DNA of 64,000 nucleotides, from assembly GCA_002633005.1 (NCBI GenBank), contig NMRA01000434.1, forward strand, positions 281,464-345,463, given 5' to 3'. The notes beneath the pieces were generated by a model. It was not told where the DNA came from and did no database searches. It worked only from the letters and a program-made list of their open reading frames with translations. A program made the position numbers and the translations under genes. How positions within the stretch are numbered: position 1 is the first letter of the stretch; the number at the start of each line of letters is the position of its first letter. The DNA is from Phoronis australis (taxonomy: Eukaryota; Animalia; Phoronida). This document shows positions 13,871-27,491 of this stretch, one piece after another.

Positions 13871-16800
13871 ATGGAAGGTGTTGATAACGTGGAGCACATG
13901 GCGGACACTGTTATAACTTCGGCAAACCAAGCCTCTGCAACCACAGGACCATTGACGCTACAGATAAAATTTTCCAATTCATCTATAGAAAGGGACACTA
14001 TTTATTCACCAGTCACAGATTTAGCCCACAATTTCAGCGAACATCTTACAACAAGGTAAGTGTGTAATATAATGATGGCAAAAATATTCATTCTGCATAT
14101 TTGTTGTAAAATTGTCTTTGTTAAAATTTGATACTAGTAGCTTGTTGGGTTTTGTAAGTCTTGAGAAGTTGACAAAGAACCTTCAATAGATTACTGCTTT
14201 AAATTTGAGCTAAACCAACTTGACATGGATGTTGTCAACTTGTAATCATTCTTTTTTGTGTTATCGTTCTGTTTTAATTTCATTTTTCTTGTTTATTTCA
14301 GGAATGGAAGTTTTGATACTCCGAAACGTAAACTGAGTCTTGGTTCTATTGGTGACACGCCAACTCCTGTGAGACCTTCGTCATTTAGATCACAACTTCA
14401 TAGACCCCCATCAGTGGACCAAGGTAAGCAATTCAAGCATATTGTGTGCATATGTGCATTTATTACCTAATGGCACTCTTAAAATTAAAACTGATCTCTC
14501 CAAAGAAGAAAGCCATCAAAGTAATATTTGTTTGGCTCTCATGAACACTTTCAGCTTGCCTCATCAACTAAGCTTAAGACACTTTTTATTGAATATCACA
14601 GAAATTTAAATTTGGTTAGTGTCAGGTGCTTGACTTTGATGTTATTGATTGATTATCCTATTATGTTTGTTTCTTTCATTAAAACGTATTATTTCTCTAC
14701 TTTTTATGACTTTGTCAAAGATATGTCATTGACAGAATACTGTGAAGTCTCACCAATTTTGCACATGTAATATAGCGGACAAGTGAAGTTTTATTTTCTC
14801 AGTTTTTCATCAAAAAATATGTTGAAACAAATCTATGCTTTACCATGTTGAAATGAACTGTATCATAGCTACCGTAAGACAATATTTTAAAAATTGTTTG
14901 TATTTGCAATATTGTGGCTAAATGACATTCCATTTTGAATTATCTGTAGGAGTGGCATGGTTGCTACTGATCAGGACAGATTGCTTGATAACACTATTAA
15001 TGTTACGCCCACACTTGTTGGGGAGTGGTTGTCTGTTCAATATTCTATGTTGATTCTTACGGGAGAGCGTTGCTTTTTTATGTTTGTAAATAGAAACGTT
15101 TTTTTGTGGATCCAAATTTCATCATTTTGAACACTATTTGCTTCACCTTTTTATTTTTTAGCATTGAGCTCTGATAAATTCAGTCTAAAGCGTCACAAGA
15201 CGTTAGCAAATGGTAGATAAATTATTGAAGTTACTTGAAAGTAGTTTGTGATCCACATGTTTGTAACAGAGTAACAAAGTATTACAAAAATGTTTTGTTA
15301 CCGTGAGTCCTGTGTTGATATGTCATCACATATATGATAGCACTATGGGCTGCAGTGCATGGACTTGACAACTGCCTCTTTGATGTTTTAGGGTGCTTCG
15401 TAGATACACCGTCGCCCAGCCCATCAGAGGACTCCACTTCACCATGTGATGAGTCCCCGTACAGGTTAGTTCAGCTTCTCTCTCAACTCACTAAAGCCTG
15501 TTAATTCAGTTCAACTATCCTTGGTTATAAATGCAAATAAACATTTTTGTGATGTGCTCATTCAAGCGGCACGGTTGCCTTCAGCTAACTCTCTTTTTTC
15601 TTATTTTGCATTATGATTGAGCTTTGCAATAATTGTTTCTTTCAGTGTTTTTGCCGTGTGTGTATAACAAGGCTTGGAATTTTCCTTTTTTAAGAAGATC
15701 TCTTTTTGGCATTGACCTCCTCTTATTTGATTTCCAATTTCCTCTTTCATCTTGTTTATCATTATTTTGACTTTATTCATGCAAAAACGTTTATTTCATT
15801 TAAATTTTACAACACAAAAAGTATTTCTATCACACAAGCCTATTTATTTGTGGAGAGATTTATTTGTGGAGAGACATAACCTGGAAAATTGTCCTCTTTT
15901 TGTCATTGGTCATTCCAAGCCTGGGTATAACTCTGAGTGTTTTTAACTAATTCTTTTCTTGTTCGTCTTGTTTTCATATTCTTTATCAAATGGCAACGTA
16001 TAATCAAGTGCTCATCACATGTTTTTAGGGTAACTGCATAGTACAAATCAGGCTACGTATGGAGTGAAATTTCACTTGTGGAAAATCAATTAATATTTGA
16101 GACAAAAATAATTGCCAACTTTACCCTTTCTTTGTCTTTGTTTTTCAAGGTCTTTTAACACTGTTGCTAACTTTTGCTATGACAGTATTTATAATATATT
16201 TCTTTCTCAAAACAGCACCAAAAATATGCTAAAATACTTTACAAATATGCCCAATATCTTAACTCTACACATTTGGAATTTTTTAGCAAAGTGAATTTGT
16301 GGATATCGAGTTCATATTCCATTTATTAAGAAAAGGACTAACCTTGGTATCTGAGTTTTTGTTATGCAACTATAAATCAAATGCTTAGCTTGTAAAAAAT
16401 ACTATTCAAAACTTGTGGTATTTTTTGTGGTGAAAATTTTGACAAAGTAAGGTATCATTTGTCTACCACATTTTGTGTTCAATAATCAAGAAGTTGCTGT
16501 AATTATGAGAAGTTCCTTTGGTACTGATTTCTGTAAAACTAATTTTATTACGATCTTTTAACATCAGAGAACAGCTGCTTGGTCAGGTATGCGGGGTAAA
16601 CTTCACATGCACCTTGTTCAGTGCAAACAAAAGGCACACGCCTATGTATTATAGACTGTGGTTATGTAAATATGTCACCATTAATGCACAGCTTTGGAGT
16701 GCTATTGTGTGAGTATATGTTTATGAAGGTCAGGGAAATTCAAACTTGTTTTACCAGCTGCTCAGTGCTAAGAGGGGAACATGTAATGAAAACAGGAGAC

Positions 16801-19800
16801 GTTAGGACCCCCATTGCAGCTCAAAGCATTCATGAATTTGAATTTTTAGTCAACATTGTGAAGTCTGGGCATTGCATACATAGATTTCTGGTTCATGGGC
16901 AATTTTACCTGAATATTTTCCTGACTATTGATTACTTTTTAAAAATGAACCTGTATAGTCCTGTTCGTGTAGCTTGCGTAATCTGAGACTTTTTGAGTAT
17001 TGTCATCAGACGTGAAGACTGGCTCATCATATTACAATAAGCTTTGACTTGTCGCTTGAGTCGCACAAGGAACATAGTTGGTACATCTAGAATGACTGCA
17101 GATGTTTATTTTGTAGTTAATCATTCTACATTTCCATTCATTTAATCTTCTGATTTAGCTACGCACATTTGAAAAATAATCTGCAAAAATATCAGCAGAA
17201 AAGAAATGTTTCATTAATTAGTGTGATTTTGGAATGCCAGGAAGTTGTCTTTGATTGTATAGTGCTAAGTTTGATACTTGATTATTCAAAATTTTTGGCC
17301 TTACCGTTCACAAAGTTAGGCATGCACGGTTAGGTTGTTTTAATAAGCAATACTAGTCTTAACTTTTTCTAAGTAAGATAATTCTTCATGTGTTTACCAC
17401 ACTATATCGTGTAAGTGGAATGTTATTTTGTTGAATTTCTCAACATAAACGTAAACATATGTATGCAAAAATGGCATAATTGGTTCTGGTTCATCGCGAC
17501 GCATTTTAAAACTATCTTGAGGTAGTTTGGGTATGTTCCTTCATGATACTCCAGCATTCTTTCGTATCGGCTTTTTTACTGAAATGCCGAATACAATTGA
17601 TAAGTGAAACAAAGAAAAGGTACATGAAATCTACCCTGGTATTGAGAACAAGTTTAGGTGCAATTTATTATTGGATCACACAAAGTTATGAAAAAGATGG
17701 CAAATAATTTTTATCTACTACAGTTCAGATCGAAGGAAAAGTGGTTTGTAATGCCGTGTTTTTCAAAAATTTCCTGAAGGGAGATCTTCCAGGCACCCAC
17801 TTCGGCACCCACAAAGACCTTTTTCTTGTTTTCTGCTGTTTCGTTTCTCAACCTATTTTTCGTGACTTTCTGCATCTGTTTAAAAAAGTCACAGACCAGG
17901 GGTCTGTTCAAAGAAACTTACTTAAGTTCATTTTTGACTTAAGTTTAAGATTTGTCTTAACTTTCAAACTTTGAAACTTCCACGTTCGGCAAGTTAGTCA
18001 AAATTAAGACAAAACTTATGTCAAACACTTGGTTTTGAGACAAATTTAACTTTTATTTAAAAGTTTAATAAACTTCAAGATTTGTCTTAGCTAAGTCAGT
18101 TTTGTTGGCACGGGCCCCAGAACTAATGTTATGCATTTTTATTCGTAGCTCATTGATACCCTATTTAAAAATGGAAATGACTATTTTGGATGCACTGTTT
18201 CCTTTTGCAGCTTTACCAGCTTAGCCACAAAGAACAGTGAGGGGTTAAAGTCACCAAGGTCAAGGTGAGTTGAGGTCATGCCCTCTGGGCTTCTATTCAG
18301 GAGTAATTATGACATGGGCTTATGATGTCATTAGCATGCACAAGCTGTTGTGTTCAGATTTAGGCAGGAATTTTAGAATCAGCTGGTGATGTCATTTGGA
18401 TGTCCTCTGGTCAGGAGCTATTGTGTTGGGCATTTTGGCGGGAATTTTGAAATCAGCTGATGATGTCATGACAGATGTGCAAGTCTACTGCCATCTGTCA
18501 TGGGGGGGAGGGTCACATGTTCCTTTGTTCCTTTGCCTGTTGACATAACTCCACATGATTGGAATTAAGTCAGGCTTGACATAATGCTCTGTAGTTGACA
18601 GTTAATGGCCTGGTGTCACACTGTTGAATTGAAATTGAAATCTTTAATTTCAGGGCTGTAATCTTGTGTGCAGCAGTTTGTATTGTTCTTTAATGACTTG
18701 AGTGTTTTGCTAATGTTGCTGGTTCTTATAAAGGATTGTACTAATGTAGGACAGTTTGAGACCCAGTACAGTAGACAGTGAAATTTCATTTTGTGGAATT
18801 TCTCAACAAAAGTGACTATTGAGAAACAGTTCTTTGTATTAACATAGTTTTTGTGATGTAATTGTCAGCAAACAACGTTTGGTAAAATATTGAGCATTTG
18901 TGCAGTGTAGTGAGCCTCTGAAAAAATTCTACTTTATTCATTTTTGACTGAAATTGAAAAAAAATCCGTAGAAAGTTTATGAAAGTAGTTGGACAGGAGA
19001 ACTCATGCTCAAAATGTTACAACAAATTTATACGTAAATAAACTTTGTCACCTAATCACAGAGACTCGTGTTAGTCCACTGTTTTAATTTTATATGGTTA
19101 GACCATCGGCACACACAGTGCATTGACCCTTTGTTTAGTTTTCTTGTATACTGGGGATCTGTTTCATGAAAAATGAGTTAACACTTAGAACACACTTAGA
19201 ACAAATATTTGGACTTACACTCCCACTCCACGATTTCAGAATAAAGGTTTAGCCATATAATTATTAACACATAATGGCCTAGAAATAATATTTATAATTA
19301 ATCTCTGCAACTAGAAGTAATGGCTATATTCTCAGAGACTTTTACTTTTGCTGGAGTGGGATTTAATTATTTTTCAGAAATAGTTGTATGAAATGATACA
19401 CGCAATTTGTGAGTTACATCTTAAGTCACTTTTCATGAAACTGACCCCTGATCACCATGGGGGCCTTTTAACTCACAGGCTAATAGCTGGTTTCTTGTTC
19501 ACTTGAAGGGCAAGAAAGAGTGCCTTCCGCAGGTTCAAATCACTTCCTGTAAGTCAGATTTATTTCTCATTATGTTAAAAAGTATTTCCACTGCTCATGT
19601 GTTTATAACTTTAAAGTTAACAGTTCAATCGTAGTTCAGTACTGCTCTGCTGATTTTACCTGTAGTTGTTATACTTTGTTGAAAGTTTTATTGTGTTGGG
19701 GATTTTCTGATTGATTGGTTAGTCAACAGCTTAGAAGGTCAGCTGACTTCGCCTAGTTTATGAGCAGAGGAAAAATCCTGTGGTTGAGAAATATTGGGAA

Positions 19801-22800
19801 CTCACAGTAAACGTTTGTGTTGAATGAATTAAACAATTATTATTGATGTTATGTTTTGTTTTGTAGTGTGCATTTGTACTGGAGGCCTATGTACAACAAT
19901 AAAACATCTAGTTAATTGCATCACAAAACTTCATTTCTTTACTTACAATTCTGCTGTTATGATCTTGTTTAACTGGCCTGTATTTCAGTGTGGTTCCCTA
20001 TCTCAGTCATTTCCACCCGATGTCAACTTGTCAAGCCCTCGTGTGTCGTTCACCATCGATGAGACCGAGCTGGTCGGTTCTCGGGATAGTCAAGACAGTG
20101 GTATTGGAAAGGTGCTGTTGTAATAACAATCTCATTCATGAAAAGTACATTTATAACGTGCATTATATGAGGAGGCATTTTTCGAATAGGTGCTACTAGT
20201 TCAAATATCATTTTAGCCAAGTGCATTTTAAACCTAGACCAATTTAGCATAAACTTAAGAATGGTAAATGGATGTATATCAATGGCATCAAATGATTGCC
20301 TTTATTTTGCTTTTTGTGTTTTTTAAATAAAGATGTTATTTATGTTTGTCAAGTGCCATTACAAATACTGACTAGGTATGTAAATATAAAGCTATCCTCG
20401 AGGGGTGTAAGGGATTCCTTCATTTATGCCGGAGGTCACTGTAGTTGGTATTAAATTGTCAAACACAGGCTTGTGCCTTTGAAAATCAAAAGGCTATGAA
20501 CTTTGCCAGATTGTTAGAGATCCATAAATATTTTGGTGATTACAAAGTCAGTTGAGTTAAAAGTACTAAGTGATTTCCATAGCAACTTCATCTGGGTGTG
20601 ATAATTGAGTGTTTCGGGCAGTCGGACTACCTTTAAATTTGTCAGCGTGTTCCCTACTCACATAACAAATGATCTTTTGGCTTGCAAAGAAGTGACTGGT
20701 GTTGTTGTATGAGAGCATCTTCAGTGTACAAAATGACCTGCCATAAGAAGCCAACTAAACTTAGTGCACTAACAAACTACCGTTTTTTCCACGCTCTTAT
20801 ATCTCTAATTTGTGTAGTAAATTAAAACTTAGACCAGTTTTGTAGTGCATTAATCCAAGTCAAACGTTAAATTTTTATTGAAAGGGGGGTTTATAGCTGC
20901 TCTAAGCATGCTGTGTTGATTATCTAGCCGTGACCCTGCCACACCAAGCTAATTTTAAGAGTGTAGTACGACAGTGTCCTCACTGCTGACTACTGTTCAA
21001 TACATGAAAACTAGTTGTGATGCCCTTTGTTGTCTCGTCTCTGCAGGATTATGAAGAAGCCAAGGAAGAGTTCAAGTTTGTTGCCCCTGTTGGTTTTCCG
21101 CCGCGGTCTTCATCACGCTCCTTCATCTTGGACGAGGCAACCCGCTCACCCCACAAGTATTCACCTGTCAAAGACAGGTGTATTTCTGCTCCAGCTGGTA
21201 GTCTGGTGAGTGTCACTTCAGGTGTATATGATTGGTATAGTACATACAAAGGCAGTGAACCCATTTGTAGTAGGACAGAGATAATGTTTGTTTCCCACCA
21301 AACTTAACAGCAATTTGGCCATGTATTTGGTCTTACAACATCTCTTGTGGCGCTTTTTATTACCCATCTTACCAGAGATTGCCAATAATACGTTATTTAC
21401 ATGTATTCATTTTATTGTAATTGTGCTAGTCATAATGAAAGACCTTATATCGCCTACCTGGGTCTCCTTTTCATCTCTGGTAACGAACTTGCAACGCACG
21501 TATCATTTATCTATTATTCGGGACATATGTCGATCAGAAATAGCAGGCCGCAATTGTTGTAGTTGGTGCATCCAGCCCTTTAGATAAGTCAGGTAAAATT
21601 TCTGTCTAGTTGGATCTAACTTATGTGAATTTTATTGTAGTTTTATTTTATCTGAAAACCTCAGAATGCATACTATACAATTTACTCATTGGTTTCTTAA
21701 ACCATTCGCAATCACAAACTTACTACAGTGACAAGTATAGACACTCGCTCAACGCGTCACACGTTGATCTCCTGCTTTGTAGCCTATCCTTCCTCACAGG
21801 TTAATGAGACACCTCTTTACCCGACAAGGGCATCATGATTGGACACGGAGTGATTAGAATTGTAATAAGAGAAATGTCCTTTAAGGTTATTTCAAACCTT
21901 ATTTAGTGGCCTCTGTTCTAACTCGTATATCAAAAAAACTAAGCTTTGTCAACTAGTAAAAGTATATATTTTCTGAAAGAACAAAGATCAAGAAATATAA
22001 ATATACTTTTTGTATTTATTTGTCATTATTATTTTTACGTAAAAACCTTTTTTAAGTAAAAATTCCATTTTTAAGAAAGGTACATTCATAGCAAAATAAC
22101 CCCTCTGTCGATTTTAACGAAACCTTTTTTAAATGAAAACTTCATCAATTANTAAGTGATTTAGGAGAGTCTCTATAATGTCCCGACTTCTTCTGGATCT
22201 GTAGAACAGTTGTCACAATACATGAAATTAGGTCAGTTTTTCAATGCGCACATGATGGGTGGTTTCTGTATGTTTTAGTTTAATGTGAATGAATGACGTC
22301 ATAGTGCCGTGCTTATTTACAGGAGTTCTGCCTACCAACGCCTGGTGATGACTTGTCTGGGAGCCCAGTGTTACTCAGTGTGTCGTCGTTGACTTCCAGT
22401 ATGAATGATGATGAAACTGATGACGGTTTCCTCGACACACACTTCATGGACCACCATGAGCTCAATGTATGAGATTGTTATATCATCAACAGTGTGTTTA
22501 CTAAAAAGACAATTTAGACCAAACTGTTGAGCTATTAAGCATTGCGACGCTTAATGTTAAGTTCTTAAACATATTAATCTTTTATGAATTTTGACCATGT
22601 TTTGTAATAAGAACAACTTGCCTCCCTTTTAAAAAGCATGGAATCTGGTTTTCAACGGGCTATTTCAACTGGTGCTGCAACTTTTTATTTTCAACAGTTG
22701 CCCCTGTTGCATTTCTTTGTCCAGCTAATGTTTACAGCCTTGATATCCCACTGTGTATTGTGTAAAACCCGCTCTTGCTTATAGGGTACAGCACTCAGAT

Positions 22801-25800
22801 AGTGACATGATGACTTCAGCAAAAGACAAGAAATCAGATCTAAATTTCCAAAATTGCTTAGTCCTCAAAAGTCTATAGTTCTACACCCAAACAACCTTTG
22901 GTGGGTCATTTGAGTCGGCTCTAAATTTCCAAAATTGCTTGTTCCCAAAAAAAAATATAGAGTTTGGCACCCAAACAACCTTTGGTTGGTCGTCTGAGTC
23001 CCCTAATGGACTTGTAGCTATTCTAAATTGGTGAGATTCTACGATACATTTTCACCCTGTTTTTCATACGAGAAAGTGCAGAACCATGGATATAGCTTGA
23101 TCATAATAACAGAGCAGTTTCGATCCAAGATTCGTATTTCTAGTGTATGCCATGTGATCTCAATTACACTTGCAGCTGCTGCAGTGGGGGAGGGGTTGTG
23201 GTAAATTGGCCTAATCGTCAACCTTTGGCCACAATTTTCCTTGTTTTCTTTTTAGCCATGTGGCCAGTCCATGCCTGCAGGGCTGTCCAGCCTATTGACG
23301 GCCCCGCTGATAAACAAAGAGAACAGTGAACCGCCCACCAGGGTAAGTGTTATGACCACGTGCTGTGCATTTTATGGGGCAGTCTGTTTGGTTTGGTTTC
23401 CGGGAAACCTCTGGCTGGGTTGTGGTCAGTTTTCGTACCGGTGAAAGCTTGTGACGCAGTTTTGTAATGTTTAGTGAGACTGTGATAATCTTCCTATTCT
23501 AGTCTTACTGAGCCTACCTACCCTTTGGACTTTCGTTTGGATTGAAAGGTACAAAAACCTTTAAACAAACTATGCTTGGTTATCAGAATGATTTTCTTGT
23601 CACCGTGAGTTGTAATGGGATATTGTCTTTGGTGTATGGTTGCACTCAGACATTCTACAAATTTGCATAGTCACTTCAGTTATAGAAAGTAAAGGAAAAA
23701 CATAACTGTTCTTAAATTTTAGGGAACCATGTCTAGAAAGCAAGGCTACCAAATGTTGCTCAATACTGAACCTGAAAATAGACTTATTGAGTGACATGCT
23801 CTGAGTTATAAAAGTTGTTTTATTTCATATGTTGTGCTGTGATTAAACAATTTTCAGAATTGAGGCTTAGGTTTGGTCATCGTAGGCACACTATTGTATC
23901 TGTAAACTTAATAGTCTGAAAGTTAAAACTCAACAATCCCTGAACCTGTTCAACATCTAAAGAATGTTGGCTATGGTAAAGTTTTGCTAATTTCTTGGCC
24001 TTTTTCAATTTCTAAAGGTTTCTAACGTTGTTGAGAACGCCCACAATTTCTTGGAAATGTCTGATTGTAGCTATGGCCTAAAACGTAAATAGTATACCTT
24101 TAATTTTGCATGACTTTATCTGTTATGAAAAATAATAAAAACATAAAATGTTGCTTGTCATCTTTAAATATGTTCAAATGGGTGAGAGTTTACCTGAATA
24201 CTTCGTCACTGACCCCTGAGTGTGTGTTTCCCTGTAGGAGTCTATCACAAGGGGCCTGTTCCGGTCACCCAGTGTACCAGACTTCAGGCTGAGGCGGCCA
24301 TCAGCCTTCAAACGACCAGACCGGCCCAAAGATGGCATTAGTCCAATGCAGAACAAACGACGGAAGAGTATGGTAGATGGGCTGGATGACAAGTCAGTGA
24401 CCGTACATAGCAGTGTAAGTAAACAGATAGGGGTCCCAGATTTTGAGAACCAGTTTGATAACCATTATTCAATGGGGAAAACTGGTTCTCAAATTGCAGG
24501 ACCCTGTAAGTGACTATTACCGACAGATGTACGTGAACTGTAAGCCTCAGAGTATTCATAGTTTTTTTGTTTGGTTCTTTGTCAGCAAAAATTTACACAT
24601 GCTCAAAATAAATTGCAAAATGGCAACAAGCCTTCGAAGGTGAGTTCAAGTCTTGGAAGATCGACTTGGAACATTCATTCATTATCTTGCAGATGTTTTC
24701 ACCTCTTTAACCAAGTCACTTTTTATGAAACATAAAAATGATCTTTTCAATATTTCTCAGAACAACTTCAGTGCCTACTAAAACTTTGCTGCCCTTCTCG
24801 ATTATCTTCTGTAAGGTCGTGTTTGTGTTTGCAGCCAAATGTACTCCGGGAACTTTGCCCACAATTCTCTCAACGCAGGCTCCACAGGTGTCACTCTGAG
24901 TCAGAGGCCATGATTAAGTCAGCATTAAACAAAGGTAAGTGCAGGTACACTTAACATATTGCAATAATTAGAATTAATTGTTTACTTTAATTGATGATTC
25001 CAGAAATGAATCAGCCTCACAAAAATGATAAGCTTGCAGTTGGTTGAACCATTATGTTATTTTCGGCCAGAGACTGTCTGTTGGTCAAACCATTAAGTTA
25101 TATTAAGCACTGCTTTTCAAAAATGGTTGGTTTTATTAGTATGGAGCGGTTTATTAAACAAAAAATAATATCTATGAACTCCTTCTTGATAGCAGCATAA
25201 CCAAAAAATCAAGAGGTGTTAACTTGCGGTACTCGTGACTCGTGCGTGTCAGAATTGAATGGAAAACATTTGACACTTACCATGGTATGTATGGGGATAT
25301 CCCAAGGTGATGGTCACATTTACCAAAACAGTGTATAGCAATGTAGCTTGAAGCACACCACCTTAGTTTTGGGGTTTTATTCTTTATGGTTTACTTATGG
25401 GTAACTAGACTCACTGTGCATCTTTGATAATATCTGTGCAGAACCATTACATGGCCAGCAAAGTCATCACTCTGGATCATGCTCCTTACACAGCTTAACA
25501 CATCAACCTTTTGCAATGTACCGTGAACTCGAAGCTTTCACTAGAACTCGTATCCATTTTACAATGACCGCATATTTTAAAAAATTATTTACAAGTACTA
25601 TTTGTAAACATTATTTAGAAGTACTATTTACAAATACAAATTACAAATTATATTTACAAACAAGCGTCTTGGTTTTGTCCTTTTCCCACTACCCGTGCGA
25701 GAGTGAGGCTCGTGTCATTTGTTGTCGTGTTGTCATGGTTACCATTCTGCTTCAGGTGCCCTGCAGCCTGACCTGGCTGGAGACTACAGCAAGTCTTTCT

Positions 25801-27491
25801 GCCTTCCCACAGTGTCTGGCAAGCACCAAGACCTCAGGTCCATCACTCCACAGACGGTGAGTCTGCTCTAACTGCTGCTGGTGATGAAGGAGGATTTCTG
25901 TTTCGTTTAAGTCCTATAGGATCATAACAACCTAATTAAAATGAAATGTCTAGTTTCATGTTGGTTTGAATAGTGGAATGTCATTCAAGATTGTTTAAGT
26001 TGTAGTGTGCACTACCATGTCTGTTGGTATTGCAGCTGTCTGACCTCATGAACGACAAGTACTCTAATGAGGTGGAGAAATATATCATCATTGACTGCCG
26101 GTACCCGTACGAGTATGCAGGCGGTCACATCAAGGGCGCCATTAATGTGTACACACGGGACCAGGCTGTTAGCGAGTTCCTGCATGACCCCAGGAAACAT
26201 GTGGCTGTCAACGGGGGCAAGAGAACCATTCTGATCTTCCACTGTGAATTCTCATCGGAAAGGGCGCCTAAAATGTAAGTACTGTTAACATACACGCAAT
26301 GGTCTATCATTGACCTTTTCACAGATGGGTGGATGCATCACGTTGCAGTGGATTGTGGGCTGCCAGTCATCCAAGGCAAAATAAAACCAATCAATGGAAA
26401 AGGAGAATGTACACCTACATTTTCAGCCAGTAGGGAATATGGATGACGGATATTGTATAAATTGCAAACTGTAGTGAGGTCCATGAAACCTTGTCTCTCT
26501 TAGTGCTCATAGCAGATGTTAGAACAGATTTCCTTTGTTTAAGTCAGTCTAGTTTTCAATAATCAGACAGTGTGTTATATTACTTATACATGAAGTTGTA
26601 ACTTTCCACTATTTTTGGAGTCCAGTATTGGAAGTAGCTTGCATTTAACTCTAAACATTCAAACAAAATGTTGACGATCTTAATGGTTTTATGTAATAAT
26701 TAGTTCAAGTCACATTTATGTTTTTTAACATATTTCTTCATGTATCAGGTCACGATTTATTCGTAAGAACGACCGAGAGCAGAACGTCTACCCCAACCTG
26801 TTCTACCCAGAGATGTATTTGCTGCACAATGGGTACAAGCATTTCTTTGAAACTCAGAAGGTATGACCTGCTATTGACTATTAGACCATAAAAAAGCATG
26901 TTGTCTTCACCCTAAATCATCTTAAGACCTGTGCTCACCAACAAAAAAACGTCAACCCGCATCAATTTTAGCCAAGGTCTCTTCTGAAAATCTGCATAAA
27001 GGTGGGTAAGCAAAGTTGCTAAGCAAGTAGAAATGCCCGTCTCTGGTGGATTTTCTTACCGCGCCACGAACTTGATTTCCAAAAAAAAAAACAACCAATC
27101 TGGCTTTTATGACCTAATGTGTTTTCCCGGTGTAAATGATATGGTTGTGTGATTGCTTTTAGGTTTCGAAAGTCACTCGTCACTTAATGTTCATGTGTGA
27201 ACTTACATATATGGTTTGTGACAGAACTTTATATAGCTTTATAAGTATGTGTTAGTTCTAATTCGTGTTCGTGTTAGTTATGTGATGGAGGTTGATGACT
27301 AATGCCCTCTGTAGTCCGATATCACCAACACGTGACACGTTCTATTACAGGGGCTGTGTGAGCCTCAAACCTATACACCTATGCTTCACAAAGAGCACTC
27401 TGATGATCTCAAGCACTTCCGAACAAAGTCCAAGTCATGGGCCGGTGACTGTAAAGGACGATATGCCTTCCGTACAGGACTCAAGTTCTAA
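13871..27491 (+). CDS. CDC25: M-phase inducer phosphatase Cdc25/string (~635 aa, 16 exons)
   Basis: Exons: 13871-14055, 14302-14423, 15162-15212, 15392-15464, 18211-18264, 19509-19548, 19989-20111, 21047-21205, 22323-22466, 23256-23342, 24238-24414, 24835-24934, 25756-25856, 26036-26274, 26749-26860, 27351-27491 (1908 nt, in frame). Catalytic rhodanese domain [18 protein letters not shown]...[11 protein letters not shown]...[15 protein letters not shown]; regulatory motifs [40 protein letters not shown]. The small N-terminal exons are less certain. Confidence 0.95.
18433..18451 (+). promoter_or_regulatory. Intronic CDE/CHR (E2F-CHR) element in Cdc25 intron 5
   Basis: TTTT-GGCGG-GAAT-TTTGAA: GGCGG plus a 4-nt spacer plus TTTGAA, the canonical CDE/CHR geometry. 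Confidence 0.4.
24430..24505. mobile_element. Short palindromic MITE-like repeat (related copies ~10530-10590 and ~54945-55010)
   Basis: ggggtcccagattttgagaaccagtt...aactggttctcaaattgcaggaccc hairpin; the ttttgagaaccagttt/aaactggttctcaaaa core occurs at three loci in the window. Confidence 0.6.
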
